Below are positions 53,186 through 63,897 of a stretch of 64,000 nt of DNA, piece by piece (position 1 is the stretch's first letter; every line of letters starts with the position of its first letter). The notes beneath the pieces were generated by a model. It was not told the origin of the DNA, made no database searches, and saw only the letters and a program-made list of their open reading frames with translations. The translations under genes were made by a program, and so were the position numbers. This DNA is from Alphaproteobacteria bacterium. Lineage in GTDB: Bacteria; Pseudomonadota; Alphaproteobacteria; UBA6615. The stretch spans positions 480,424 through 544,423 of the forward strand of contig CBDFKJ010000008.1 of NCBI GenBank assembly GCA_965248805.1. The letters run 5' to 3'.

Positions 53186-53222
53186 TACATATCAACACTT
53201 GAACAAGTGCTTAACTAACCGC
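53186..53222. promoter_or_regulatory. Candidate ArsR operator: imperfect palindromes ACACTTGTACATATCAACACTTGAACAAGTGCTTAAC upstream of arsR
   Basis: CACTTG-AA-CAAGTG inverted repeat directly 5' of the arsR start. Confidence 0.4.
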
Positions 53223-53287
53223 GGCGGGGTGGCTCGGTCAATGGCGGTAGAAGGTGCCGTTGGCGCGAAATTGGCGCGCGACGCGCC

Positions 53288-54118
53288 CTATCGCTCCCGG
53301 AGTTCGCCGAAATAGCTGCGGAGCAGTGTGGCGCAGCGTGCCTCGTCAAGCCCACCGACCACCTCGGGCCGGTGGTGGCACGTGGGCTGCTGGTAAATAC
53401 GGGCGCCGTGATCGACGCCCCCGCCCTTCGGATCGTAGGCGCCGAAGAATAGCCTGCGCACACGGGCCAACGCGATCGCCTGGGCGCACATGGCGCAGGG
53501 TTCAAGGTTCACATACAGGTCGCAGCCGAACAGGCGAGGCGTCCCAAGCGCCGCTCCGGCGGCGCGCAGAGCCAGGATCTCAGCATGTGCGGCGGGGTCG
53601 TTGAGCGCTTCGACCCGATTACCGGCGCACGCCAGGACGCGGCCCGTCGCGCCTTCGACGACGACGGCGCCGACGGGCACCTCGCCGCGGGCGGCTGCGG
53701 TTTCCGCTTCCACCAGCGCAAAGTCCAGATAGCCGGTATCCGATGTCATAAACGCCAACCCTGACCGCGAGAGGCGGCCTCGCGCGCGCTGTTTCGGCGG
53801 CAGGCTGCGCACGTATGCCAGGCCCGCATGGACCCAACCGCGCAGATCGTCCTCGCCGGCAAAGCCGTTCGGGTCGACAAACACCATGCTTTTCATCGGC
53901 CGACCGGTGATGTCCATGGGCCGCGCGTGCGGCCGCTTCAGCGCCGCCGGGTGGGCGTCGGGGCCGACGCGGACCATGAGATTTTCCTTGTGAACTCCGC
54001 AACACATATGGCCGGCGACCATGAAGGCGATGCCGCCGAACATCTTCCTCTCCTCGACGTTGGGCTCATTCGCCAGAACCGAGCGGACGCGCGTCGCCAA
54101 CGCTTCATTGACTGCCAT
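53288..54118 (-). CDS. tadA: Single 276-aa ORF joining a TfoX N-terminal-domain protein to tRNA adenosine(34) deaminase TadA. Either a fusion, or stop-codon loss / frameshift between two genes.
   Basis: Residues 1-110 give the TfoX_N pattern (RKMFGGIAFMVAGHM..VRV..PMDITGRPMKSMVFV..SLPPK). Residues 124-276 give TadA (CDA zinc motifs HAEILA...PCAMCA). Confidence 0.7.
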   Translation of the reverse strand: MAVNEALATRVRSVLANEPNVEERKMFGGIAFMVAGHMCCGVHKENLMVRVGPDAHPAALKRPHARPMDITGRPMKSMVFVDPNGFAGEDDLRGWVHAGLAYVRSLPPKQRARGRLSRSGLAFMTSDTGYLDFALVEAETAAARGEVPVGAVVVEGATGRVLACAGNRVEALNDPAAHAEILALRAAGAALGTPRLFGCDLYVNLEPCAMCAQAIALARVRRLFFGAYDPKGGGVDHGARIYQQPTCHHRPEVVGGLDEARCATLLRSYFGELRER

Positions 54119-54135
54119 GGTGGCCTCGATCTTTC

Positions 54136-54345
54136 ATGGTTGTCCGTCCGCCGTCACGACCGGTAAGCCCGATGGAACGGCTCGAGTGGATTCATATCAT
54201 CTGGTTGATCGGCGTGTTGATCCTCGTCGTACCCGGCACCGTCATGGTTAACCGCAAGCGCGGCACGACCGTCGCCAACATCGCCATATGGCTCGGCCTC
54301 GCGGTGTTCGTCGCCGGTCTGTACCGGTTGCTCGGGCCGGAATAG
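54136..54345 (+). CDS. Small two-TM membrane protein (hypothetical)
   Basis: 69 aa with two hydrophobic helices. Confidence 0.4.
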   Translation: MVVRPPSRPVSPMERLEWIHIIWLIGVLILVVPGTVMVNRKRGTTVANIAIWLGLAVFVAGLYRLLGPE

Positions 54346-54403
54346 GTCGCGACCGGGTCAGCGATCGCGCCCGTGACACCGGGCGGAGATCCGCCTCATC
54401 TTC

Positions 54404-55198
54404 ATGCACCGCGCTCGGCATCGGCCGACGCCTCCGGCCGGGTTTCCTCAACCGGCGTGGCGCCCAGCGCCTCCACCATCGCGCTCACCCGGCCCACGGC
54501 TTCGGCCAGCGTCGCGGCATCGACGCCGCGTAGGACCAACTTGGTCCCGAAACCGCCCTCGCGGTAATAGGGGTAGCTGCCGATATCGATATCGGGAAAG
54601 GCGTCCTGCACGTTCGACAGCCCCTTTGCCAGATAGCCTTCGCCCATGGCGCAATCGATGGTGCGCGACCGCAGCGGCCGCCCGCGGCGCAGGCTCGGCA
54701 TTGCCGCCTCGAACTGCGCCTGCATGATCGACGGAATGCCGGCAAACACGAACACATTCTCGATGCGAAATCCCGGCGCTCCGGATACCGTATTTTCCAC
54801 TAACTCTGCCCCTTCCGGCGCCTCCGCCATCTTCAGGCGTGAATCGGTCAGCGGCAGGCCGCGCCGATTGTAATGGGCGTTGAGAGTGGCGACGGCCTCG
54901 GCGTGACGGATCAGTTTGTGTCCGAACGCAGTGGCCAGGCTGGCGGCGGTGATGTCGTCGTGGGTCGGTCCGATGCCGCCGGTGGTGAACACATAGTCAT
55001 GGGTGGTTCGTAGGGCGTTGACGGCGTCGGCAATGACGGCTTCGCGGTCCGGCACTACGCGCGCCTCGCGCAGTCGAATGCCCAGATCGTTCAGTCGCGC
55101 GCCCAGCCAGCCCAGATTGGCGTCCTGGGTGCGGCCCGAGAGGATCTCATTGCCGATAATCAGGACCGCCGCCGTGACCTCCACCGATGGTTCCGGCA
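54404..55198 (-). CDS. CinA-like molybdopterin-binding (MoCF) domain protein. GTG start just after the pqiA-like stop. The 567-aa ORF call is an artefact.
   Basis: VLIIGNEILSGRTQDANLGWLGARLNDLGI...TTGGIGPTHDDIT is the CinA N-domain. The upstream 300 codons of the long ORF are low-complexity Arg/Pro junk overlapping pqiA. Confidence 0.7.
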
Positions 55199-55201
55199 CG
55201 C

Positions 55202-55774
55202 TCAGGGCGCGGCCTCGATGCCATCGCGGCCGAGCCGACTGGCCAGCACGGCCAGACGCTGGCAGATCGCGGTCGACAGCACGACTGCGGCAACGAACAG
55301 GTACAGACCATAGTGAACGTGCACGTCGGATACCCAACTGACTTTGACCACCGCGATGACGATCGCGATCAGGAACACGTCCAGCATCGACCATTTGCCG
55401 ATCAGCGACAACATTTGAAGACGCTGGCCCACTGCCGGATGCAGGGCGTCGGCGGTGCGCCACAGCCGCCAGGCGAACCAGAGCTTCACTGTCGGCATGG
55501 CAATTGAGAACAGCCCCACGATGCCGGCCAGCAGCCACTCGCCGTCCCGCGCCAGAGTGCCGACCGCGCCGATGATCGATACCCGTTCCTCGAACAGGTA
55601 AAGGCGGTCGATTGCCATGACCGGCAGGCTTATGCCGGCGATCAGCAGGACCGCCGATATCAGGATGCCGGCACCGGCTAGACGGTCGAGCCCTCGAGTG
55701 CGCGCGGCGAAGGATCGTTGCGCGGCATCGCCGGCGCCAGATCGTGTGCGCGTTCCAAGCGCCACCGCTCTCAC
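55202..55774 (-). CDS. PqiA-family (paraquat-inducible protein A-like) integral membrane protein, single-domain form
   Basis: Four TM segments of the PqiA family type, ~190 aa. Confidence 0.55.
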   Translation of the reverse strand: MRAVALGTRTRSGAGDAAQRSFAARTRGLDRLAGAGILISAVLLIAGISLPVMAIDRLYLFEERVSIIGAVGTLARDGEWLLAGIVGLFSIAMPTVKLWFAWRLWRTADALHPAVGQRLQMLSLIGKWSMLDVFLIAIVIAVVKVSWVSDVHVHYGLYLFVAAVVLSTAICQRLAVLASRLGRDGIEAAP

Positions 55775-55831
55775 GGCCGCTTCGTGGGGATGGACGGCGG
55801 GGCGCCCACCGATGCCCGGATGGCGGCGGCT

Positions 55832-56149
55832 CTAAACGCCCTCGCCGTCCGGGTGATAGCCGCGCCCGCGCATGCAGCGGTCGACTATGTCGTGATAGAG
55901 CTGCGTCGTTCCGTAGCTTCGCATGTCGTCGCGCAGGGTGCCGATGCGGTCGTCCCGGCGAACGCCGGTGGCGGCGGCGATATCGTAGTCGATGCCCCGA
56001 TCGCGCTCGGTCGCCGCCGTCGCTTGGCTGCGGCAGTCGGCGTAGTCGGCTCTGATCTGTGCCTCGGAGACATCCTCTTTGGTCCACTGGCCGGTACCGG
56101 CGCAACCGCTCAGCACGACCGCTGCCACGGCGGCCACGATGCGTTTCAT
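55832..56149 (-). CDS. Lipoprotein (hypothetical)
   Basis: Signal peptide with lipobox (VVLSGC). Confidence 0.5.
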   Translation of the reverse strand: MKRIVAAVAAVVLSGCAGTGQWTKEDVSEAQIRADYADCRSQATAATERDRGIDYDIAAATGVRRDDRIGTLRDDMRSYGTTQLYHDIVDRCMRGRGYHPDGEGV

Positions 56150-56274
56150 AGTAGGCCCCACCGTGTCATGCGCTGGCCCCGCTTATCATGCGATAGAGTT
56201 AGCGTCAAAATGCCGAAAGACAATGAGGCGAACGTGCTTGTGACAGTGTGCCGCGGGATTGCTAGGCTGCGCGC

Positions 56275-56973
56275 ATGGAATTCGACGAGAGGCTGATTCC
56301 CGGCACGCTGAGGCGGCGCTACAAGCGCTTTCTCGCCGATATCGCGCTCGGCGAAGGTGAGGAAGTGACGGCGCACTGCCCGAACCCCGGGTCGATGATC
56401 GGACTTGCCGAGCCCGGCAGCGCCGCGTGGTGTTCGCGCGCACGCAACCCGGCGCGCAAGCTGGCCTACACCTGGGAGTTGGTGGACCCCGGCGGGGTCC
56501 TGGTCGGCATCAATAGCCTGCTGGCCAATCGCCTGGCGGAAGAGGCGATCCGGGGTGGTTCGATCGCCGAGCTGGCAGGGTACGCGTCCCTGCGCCGCGA
56601 GGTGCGTTATGGCACGAATTCGCGGGTTGATATTCTCCTGGAGGACCCCGACCGCCCGTCCTGCTATGTCGAGGTCAAGAACGTTCATTTGGAGCGCGAT
56701 GGCGTGGCCGCCTTTCCGGATGCGGTCACCGCGCGTGGCACCAAGCATCTGCGCGAACTCGCCGACGTCGTGACGGTGGGGATGCGGGCGGTCATGTTCT
56801 ATGTCGTGCAGCGCGCCGACTGCGCACGCTTCACACTCGCCGCCGACATCGATCCCGCCTACGCGCGGGCGTTCGCCGCGGCGCGCGATGCCGGCGTCGA
56901 GGCAATCTGCTATGAATGCGCCGTGACGACCACAGGCATTGAAATCGCCGCGCCACTGCCGATTTCAGTATGA
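56275..56973 (+). CDS. sfsA: Sugar fermentation stimulation protein SfsA
   Basis: SfsA family length and sequence (RYKRFLADI...HCPNPGSM). Confidence 0.85.
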   Translation: MEFDERLIPGTLRRRYKRFLADIALGEGEEVTAHCPNPGSMIGLAEPGSAAWCSRARNPARKLAYTWELVDPGGVLVGINSLLANRLAEEAIRGGSIAELAGYASLRREVRYGTNSRVDILLEDPDRPSCYVEVKNVHLERDGVAAFPDAVTARGTKHLRELADVVTVGMRAVMFYVVQRADCARFTLAADIDPAYARAFAAARDAGVEAICYECAVTTTGIEIAAPLPISV

Positions 56974-57821
56974 TGCGAGGAAAAGGGGCGAAAGCGTCGA
57001 TGAACCAAGATATGCAGGGAAGCCGCTGGTCGGCGGAGCCCCGGCGGATCAAGATCCATGACGAGGCGGCATTCGACGGCATGCGTCGCGCCGGGCACCT
57101 GGCCGCCGAGGTGCTGGATTTCATCGCGCCGGAAGTCCGGCCGGGGGTCACAACCGACCACCTCGATCGGCTGTGCCACGAACTGATCATCGAGCGTAGC
57201 GCGATCCCGGCGCCGCTGAATTATCGCGGCTTTCCGAAGTCGATATGCACGTCGGTCAACCATGTCGTCTGCCACGGCATTCCCGGTGACAAGACGCTGC
57301 AGGACGGCGACGTCATCAATATCGACGTCACCGTTATCGTCGACGGCTGGCACGGCGACACCAGCCGCATGTTCCCCGTCGGGTCGGTGCGGCGATTGGC
57401 CTACCGGCTGATCGGCACCACGTTCGACGCCATGTGGCGCGGCATCGAAGTCGTACGCCCCGGCGCCACCGTCGGCGACATCGGCCACGCCATTCAGAGC
57501 TTTGTCGAAGCGGCGCGGTTTTCGGTGGTGCGGGATTTCTGCGGGCACGGCCTCGGCCAGGTGTTCCATGACGCGCCGAGCATTTTGCATTTCGGCGAGC
57601 CCGACAGCGGCCCCGTCCTGCGCGAAGGCATGTTCTTCACCATCGAGCCAATGGTGAACGTCGGCCGCCCGGATGTGAAGATCCTCGCCGACGGCTGGAC
57701 CGCGGTAACGAAGGATCGTTCGCTGTCGGCACAGTTCGAGCACTCCATCGGCGTCACCAAGGACGGATGCGAAGTGTTCACGCTGTCGCCAAAGGGCCTG
57801 CACAAGCCGCCCTATGCCTAG
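56970..57821 (+). CDS. map: Type I methionine aminopeptidase (the start may be the Met at ~57000)
   Basis: MetAP metal ligands (D..D..H..E..E pattern: [28 protein letters not shown]). Confidence 0.9.
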   Translation: MMRGKGAKASMNQDMQGSRWSAEPRRIKIHDEAAFDGMRRAGHLAAEVLDFIAPEVRPGVTTDHLDRLCHELIIERSAIPAPLNYRGFPKSICTSVNHVVCHGIPGDKTLQDGDVINIDVTVIVDGWHGDTSRMFPVGSVRRLAYRLIGTTFDAMWRGIEVVRPGATVGDIGHAIQSFVEAARFSVVRDFCGHGLGQVFHDAPSILHFGEPDSGPVLREGMFFTIEPMVNVGRPDVKILADGWTAVTKDRSLSAQFEHSIGVTKDGCEVFTLSPKGLHKPPYA

Positions 57822-58536
57822 GCCAGACTCGGCCAAATCCGACCCCGACACGACCAAGAATACGCTGGCGAGCGGGGCCGGCCATCGCCGGCGGCTGCGC
57901 ACGCGCTTTCTGAAGGACGACGGCGCCTCGTTCCACGACTACGAGCTGTTGGAGCTGCTTCTGTTCGGCGCCATGCCGCGCGTCGACACCAAGCCGATCG
58001 CCAAGGCGCTGTTGAAACGCTTCGGCGGCTTCGCCGCCGTCGTCAGCGCCGCGCCGCGTGAGTTGCGCGCGGTGCCGGGCATCGGCGAGGCCGCCGTGGT
58101 CGCGCTCAAATCGGTGCGCGCGGTGGCGCTGCGCCTGGCGCGTGAGGAGGCGATGGCGCGACCCGTGCTGGCATCCTGGGACCGCGTGCTGGCCTACTGT
58201 CGCAGCGCGCTGGCGCATGAAAAGACCGAGCGGTTCCATCTGTTGTTTCTCGACCGCAAGCACCAGTTGATCGCCGACGAGGTGCAACAGTCCGGCACGA
58301 TCGACCACACACCGGTCTGTCCGCGCGAGGTCGTGAAACGAGCGCTCGATCTCGGCGCCTCGGCGCTGATCCTGGTGCACAACCACCCCAGCGGGGACCC
58401 GACGCCCAGCCGCGCGGACATCGATCTGACAAGCGATCTGATCGCCAGCGCCAGTGCGCTCGGTATCTCGATCCACGATCATCTGATCATCGGCCGTAGC
58501 GGCCACGTCAGTCTGCGCGGCCAGAGGCTCATGTAG
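57814..58536 (+). CDS. radC: RadC-family JAB-domain protein (UPF0758)
   Basis: N-terminal HhH region and C-terminal JAMM motif ([18 protein letters not shown]). Confidence 0.85.
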   Translation: MPRPDSAKSDPDTTKNTLASGAGHRRRLRTRFLKDDGASFHDYELLELLLFGAMPRVDTKPIAKALLKRFGGFAAVVSAAPRELRAVPGIGEAAVVALKSVRAVALRLAREEAMARPVLASWDRVLAYCRSALAHEKTERFHLLFLDRKHQLIADEVQQSGTIDHTPVCPREVVKRALDLGASALILVHNHPSGDPTPSRADIDLTSDLIASASALGISIHDHLIIGRSGHVSLRGQRLM

Positions 58537-58538
58537 TC

Positions 58539-59771
58539 CTACTCGTAGCGCAGCGCGTCGATGGGATCGAGGCGCGAGGCCTTGCGCGCGGGATAGAAGC
58601 CGAAGAACACGCCGACGATCGCCGCGAAGGCCGCCGCCATGAGCATAGTTCTGAGGTTCAGCTGCAACGGCCACTGCGCGAGATCGGCGACCAGCATGGA
58701 CCCGCCGACGCCGATCGCGATGCCGATCAGCCCGCCGACCAACGACAAGGCGGTGGCCTCGATCAAGAACTGCGCCAGCACGTCGCGCCCACGCGCGCCC
58801 ACCGCCATGCGCAGGCCGATCTCGCGCGTGCGCTCAGTGACCGAAACCAGCATGATATTCATGATCCCGATGCCGCCGACCACGAGCGATACCGACGCCA
58901 CCGCCGCCAAAAGCCATGCCATCACTCGTGACGATTCCTCACGCGCCGATAGCAGCTCCGAGATGTTTCGAACGCGAAAATCATCGTCTTGGGTCTCGCG
59001 TAGGCCGTGCCGTTGGCGCAACAGCTCGGTTACCCGCTCCTCGACGTCTCCGACCAAGTCCGCCGACCGTGCCTGGATCGAAATCTGGCCGACAGTGCGC
59101 CCGCCCAGATAACGCCCTCCCAACACCCGTTGCTTGGCCGTTGACAGCGGGATGAACACGACGTCGTCCTGATCGTTGCCGAAGGATGACTGTCCCTTGC
59201 CGACCAGAGTGCCGATGACCTCGAACGGCACGCGTTGCAGGCGCACGGTCTCGCCGATGGGGTCCTGGCCGTCGAACAGCTCGTCGATGATGGTCTGCCC
59301 GAGGACGATGACCTTGGTCGCCGAGGTAATGTCGTCCTCGGTGAAGCCGCGGCCGGACTCAACCTGCCAATTGCGAACGGTCAAATAGCCGGGCACGATG
59401 CCCTGAATGTCGGTCGCCCAATTGCTGTTGCCGAGTACGATCTGACCGGACCCACGCGCCGACGACGCCGCGAGGTAAACGCCGGGCGTTTCGCTTTCGA
59501 TGGCGATAGCGTCGTCCCAGGTAATCGTCGGGCGCGAACCGGCACCGCCGCGCGCGCCGCGGTTACGCGAGGAGCCGGGCGAGACGATGATCAGGTTCGA
59601 GCCAACGGACTCGATGAGCTTGTCGACGCTTTGCCTCGCGCCGGCACCGATGGAGACCATGATGATGACCGCGCCGACGCCAATGATGATGCCCAGCGCC
59701 GTCAGCACGCTGCGCAGGACATTGGCCCGCAGCGACCGCAGGGCCGTGCTTATGGCGTCAAACGCGCTCAT
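58539..59771 (-). CDS. ABC efflux permease, MacB/FtsX-type
   Basis: N-terminal TM helix, large periplasmic domain and C-terminal FtsX 3-TM bundle. 410 aa. Confidence 0.85.
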   Translation of the reverse strand: MSAFDAISTALRSLRANVLRSVLTALGIIIGVGAVIIMVSIGAGARQSVDKLIESVGSNLIIVSPGSSRNRGARGGAGSRPTITWDDAIAIESETPGVYLAASSARGSGQIVLGNSNWATDIQGIVPGYLTVRNWQVESGRGFTEDDITSATKVIVLGQTIIDELFDGQDPIGETVRLQRVPFEVIGTLVGKGQSSFGNDQDDVVFIPLSTAKQRVLGGRYLGGRTVGQISIQARSADLVGDVEERVTELLRQRHGLRETQDDDFRVRNISELLSAREESSRVMAWLLAAVASVSLVVGGIGIMNIMLVSVTERTREIGLRMAVGARGRDVLAQFLIEATALSLVGGLIGIAIGVGGSMLVADLAQWPLQLNLRTMLMAAAFAAIVGVFFGFYPARKASRLDPIDALRYE

Positions 59772-60514
59772 GCCACTTTCGGCGCGGCCGCCAGCTCCGC
59801 CAGATGCTCCACGGCGATCGTCGGCCGGGCGATGCGCTCGTCGGCGATGAGCTTGCCGTCGCGAAAGCTGAGCACGCGCTTGGCGAACTGTGCGATCTCA
59901 CGTTCATGAGTGACCACAACGACGGTCATGCCGTCACGATTGAGGCGCTGAAACAGCGCCATGATCTCGACGCCGGTGCGGGTGTCGAGCGCGCCGGTCG
60001 GCTCGTCGGCCAGGATCAGCGACGGCTCGGACACGAGCGCGCGGGCAATCGCCACGCGCTGCTGCTGACCGCCGGATAGCTGCGACGGCCGGTGGTCCAC
60101 GCGGTCGTCGAGCCCTACCGATGCCAACGCGCGCTCGGCCTGGCCGCGCCTGTCCTTGCGCGGTCGACTTCCGTAGGACAGTGGCAGCTCGACATTGTCG
60201 AGCGCCGTCGCTCGCGGCAGCAGGTTGAAACTCTGGAACACGAACCCGATGCGCCGATTGCGCAGGCGGGCGCGCTCATCGGCGCCGAACTCGGCGACGT
60301 CGCCGCCCTCGAACAAGTAACGCCCGCGGCTCGGCTGATCGAGGCAGCCGAGCAAGTTCATGAAGGTCGACTTGCCGGAGCCCGACGGTCCCATGACTGC
60401 CACAAACTCGCCGCGTGCCACCGACACCGACGCGTCGACTAGCGCGTGCACGATCGATGGGCCGATCCGGTAGTCCTTGCACAGACCGACGGTAAGGACG
60501 ACGTCGTCGGACAA
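59768..60514 (-). CDS. ABC transporter ATP-binding protein (MacB/LolD-type ATPase). Probable TTG start at 60514.
   Basis: Walker A GPSGSGKST, signature LSGGQQQRVAIARAL, Walker B ILADEPTGALD. Confidence 0.85.
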   Translation of the reverse strand: MSDDVVLTVGLCKDYRIGPSIVHALVDASVSVARGEFVAVMGPSGSGKSTFMNLLGCLDQPSRGRYLFEGGDVAEFGADERARLRNRRIGFVFQSFNLLPRATALDNVELPLSYGSRPRKDRRGQAERALASVGLDDRVDHRPSQLSGGQQQRVAIARALVSEPSLILADEPTGALDTRTGVEIMALFQRLNRDGMTVVVVTHEREIAQFAKRVLSFRDGKLIADERIARPTIAVEHLAELAAAPKVA

Positions 60515-60518
60515 GGCT

Positions 60519-62253
60519 CTAGAATCCGAAACGCAGTGTCGAAGTCGGACCTTGATCTTCCTCGACTTCGACGCCGACGATAACTTGCGCGCCGGGCTCA
60601 AGCGCGCCTTCCAGGACTTCGCTCACATTGCCGTCGCTGATACCGAGCACGACCGGTATTGCCCGCGGCTGTCCATCATCGCCCAAAATGTAGACCCGAG
60701 CGTCGCGGCGCGTCGCCTGCGTGCTCTCCAACTGCAAGCGCTGGTACTCGGCCAATTGCTCGGGCGTGAGCACCGATCGGATCGCTTCCTGCGACGCGGT
60801 GCGCAATTGTCTGCGGATCTCCTCCGGCGCGGCGCCGCCTTCGCGCAGCGCCCGCGCCTGCTGACGCGTGTTGCCCAATGCGCTGCGCAATTGCTGCTGC
60901 TGATCCTCGCTAAGGCCAAGTTGCTCGGCCAACTGCGTCAGGTCGGTACGCCCGCCGCCGCCTGCGCCACCCGCACCACCGCCGCCGCCACCGCGCCCGC
61001 CACCGGCGCCACCGCGCCCGCCATCGGCGCCACCGCGCTCACCGTCGGCGGCCGCAGCCGCCGGCGCGGCCGCACGGGCCGGCGCAGCCGCCGCCGTCGC
61101 TGGGCTGTTGGGCGCAGGCGGTCCGGCTTGGGGTGGCCGAAACCGCAACGCGGCGTTTGGCAGTCTGAGCGCTTCCTGGCGCTCTTGGGATACGAGCCGC
61201 ACATCGGCGGTCATGCCTGGCAGCAGCCGCTCATCGTCATTGGTGGCGGTCGCTATCACGGTATACGTGACGACGCTCTGCACCTCCTGCGGCGCCAATC
61301 GGATCTGTGTGACACGGCCCTCGAACGTGCGGCCGGGATAGGCATCGACGGTGAAGGAGACGCGCTGGCCTTCGCTGACGCGCCCGATGTCGGCCTCATC
61401 GACACTGATCTCGACCTGCATCTCGCTCAGATCCTGGGCGATGGTGAACAACTTCGGCGCCTGCAGGCTGGCGGCGACGGTCTGGCCTTTGTCGACGCTG
61501 CGCTCGACCACTACGCCGTCGACCGGCGAATAGATGACGGTGCGGTTGAGGTCGACGATATCGGAATACAGCATGGCCTCGCGGATCTCGACCTGCGCCG
61601 CCGCGATATCGATCTGTGCCTTCGCCATTTCGTGCTGGGCCTCGCGCGCCGCCACTTGCGATTCATCTGCACGGACCTCGGCGGCCGCGGCGTCGCGCTG
61701 CGCGACGCCCTGGTCGTAGGCCGCTTGAGCGGTCTCGACTTGCGCGTTGGCGATGACGCGCCGCTCGTGGAGCTCCCGTTTGCGTGCCAGATCGCGTTCC
61801 AGATCGGCAAGCGCGATGCGCGTGTTCTGCACCCGCGCCCGGCCGGCCTCCAGTGAGGCGCGGGCATTGTCGATATCAGCGGCCGATCGTGCCAGCGCCG
61901 CCTGATCGAGCGCCAGATTCGCCTTGGCAACCGTCACGTCGGCTTCCGCCCGGCGCACATTGGCCTCGAAGGTGTCGGGATCGATGCGGGCGATGATCTG
62001 GCCCTTGGTAACCTTGGAATTGAAGTCGACTGGCAGTTCCAGGATCTGGCCGGATACCTGGCTACCCACCTCGACCGTCACAACAGCGCCCAGCGTCCCG
62101 GTCGCGCTCACGGCATCGACGATGGCGCCGCGCTGGACCGCGGCCAGGCGATATTCCGGCGCATCGCCGCCTGCGGGCGATCCGAAGAACAGCCCGGCCG
62201 CGCCCATCGATGCCAGCGCTGCCGCGCCTATGATCAGAGTCTTGGCCATCCCA
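60519..62253 (-). CDS. HlyD/MacA-family periplasmic adaptor subunit with a ~190-aa insertion: Pro/Ala-rich linker, poly-Gly tract and two LTXXQ-like helices (Spy/CpxP/ZraP-like)
   Basis: The canonical MacA barrel-sandwich, coiled-coil and lipoyl regions are present. So is the C-terminal MP domain (ARVYILGDDGQPRAIPVVLGISDG..VIVGV). An inserted GGRGGAGGGRGGGGGGAGGAGGGG...LSEDQQQQL...LTPEQLAEYQRL sits between them. Confidence 0.75.
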
Positions 62254-62400
62254 CCCACTTGTCGGCAGCGCGCGTGCCCGGTGCGCGCTATGGTCCGCAA
62301 GTTTCATCACGGCGCACGACTGTGCTATCCGTCGCCGAAACGATCACAACTATAGCATGCTCGCGCCGGGGAGATCAGACCAGATGCCGCGTATATTGCC

Positions 62401-63699
62401 ATGATACCGCGATACGCCCGCCCCGAGATGGTCGACATTTGGGCGCAGGAGACCCGTTTCCGGATCTGGTTCGAGATCGAGGCGCACGCCTGTGACGCCA
62501 TGGCCAGGCTCGGCGTGATCCCGGCGGAGACCGCGCGCGCGGTGTGGCAGCGCGGCGCTTGGGATGCCGAGCGGATCGACGCCATCGAGCGCGAGGTCAA
62601 ACACGACGTCATCGCGTTCCTGACCAACCTTGCCGAGCATGTCGGCGAGGAAGCGCGCTTCGTCCATCAGGGCCTGACGTCATCCGACATTTTGGACACC
62701 TGCCTAGCGGTGCAGCTCACACGCGCGGCCGATCTGCTGGATCGCGACCTCGACGGCCTGCTGGCGGCGCTCAAGCGGCGCGCGATCGAACACAAGACCA
62801 CACCGTGCATGGGCCGCAGTCACGGCATTCATGCGGAGCCGACGACATTCGGCCTCAAGCTCGCCGGCCACTACGCCGAGTTCGCGCGCGCCAAGGCCCG
62901 ACTGCGCGCAGCGCGCGAGGAGGTCGCCACCTGCAAGCTGTCGGGCGCGGTCGGCACCTACGCCCACGTCGACCCCGCCGTCGAACAGCACGTAGCCGAA
63001 AAGTTGGGCCTGCGCGTCGAGCCGGTCTCGACCCAGGTCATTCCGCGCGACCGCCATGCCATGTTCTTCGCCACGCTCGGCGTTATCTCCGGTGCCGTCG
63101 AGCGGCTGGCCACGGAGATCCGCCACCTGCAACGCACCGAAGTGCGCGAGGTCGAGGAGGCCTTTGGCGATGCGCAAAAGGGATCGTCGGCCATGCCGCA
63201 CAAGCGCAACCCGATCTTGAGCGAGAACCTGACCGGCCTGGCGCGTTTGGTGCGGGGCGCCGTCGTGCCGGCACTGGAGAACGTCGCCTTGTGGCACGAG
63301 CGCGATATTTCCCACTCTGCGGTGGAGCGCGTGATCGCGCCCGACGCCACCATCACGCTCGATTTCGCGCTGGCGCGTCTGGCGTCCGTGATCGATACGC
63401 TTGTTGTTTATCCCGATGCCATGCGCGCCAATCTGGATCGGCTCGGCGGCGTCATCCATTCGCAGCGAGTAATGCTGGCCATGACTCAAGCGGGGATGGC
63501 GCGCGAGGACGCGTATCGTGCCGTGCAGTCCTGCGCCATGCGCTCTTGGAGCGGTGACGGCGATTTCCGCGCCTTGCTGGAACAAGATGAAATTGTCGCC
63601 GCGACGATGGATACCGCGCGACTGGCCGACTGTTTCGATCTCGCCGACCACCTGCGCCACGTCGACACGATCTTCGCCCGCGTCTTCGAGCTGACGTGA
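62401..63699 (+). CDS. purB: Adenylosuccinate lyase
   Basis: Fumarate-lyase family signature (GSSAMPHKRNP) and PurB C-terminal domain. 432 aa. Confidence 0.9.
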   Translation: MIPRYARPEMVDIWAQETRFRIWFEIEAHACDAMARLGVIPAETARAVWQRGAWDAERIDAIEREVKHDVIAFLTNLAEHVGEEARFVHQGLTSSDILDTCLAVQLTRAADLLDRDLDGLLAALKRRAIEHKTTPCMGRSHGIHAEPTTFGLKLAGHYAEFARAKARLRAAREEVATCKLSGAVGTYAHVDPAVEQHVAEKLGLRVEPVSTQVIPRDRHAMFFATLGVISGAVERLATEIRHLQRTEVREVEEAFGDAQKGSSAMPHKRNPILSENLTGLARLVRGAVVPALENVALWHERDISHSAVERVIAPDATITLDFALARLASVIDTLVVYPDAMRANLDRLGGVIHSQRVMLAMTQAGMAREDAYRAVQSCAMRSWSGDGDFRALLEQDEIVAATMDTARLADCFDLADHLRHVDTIFARVFELT

Positions 63700-63766
63700 C
63701 GCGCAACGGCTTGGCCGAAGTCCGAACGCGGTACGCGCACCTGTTCGAGCAAAAGCGATATAACGC

Positions 63767-63897
63767 TCAATCCTCGTCGCCTCGGAGCTTGCGATCCCAC
63801 GCCTCCAGAAAAATCCGTACGCTCTCCAAAGATTCTGGTTCGATTTTGCGTTCGCCCCGAATGCGCTCCAAACCAGCGCGGAAGGCTTCGACATCTA
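63767..63897 (-). pseudogene. 3' fragment of an unidentified gene. Its 5' part is displaced by the IS630-family copy at 63898.
   Basis: The open frame ...LDVEAFRAGLERIRGERKIEPESLESVRIFLEAWDRKLRGDED* runs directly into the IS inverted repeat. Confidence 0.3.

Noticed and set aside
54402-56105. 567-aa ORF call
   Set aside because: Only the C-terminal ~265 residues (the CinA-like domain) look real. The N-terminal 300 codons are Arg/Pro-rich and overlap the pqiA-like gene in another frame.
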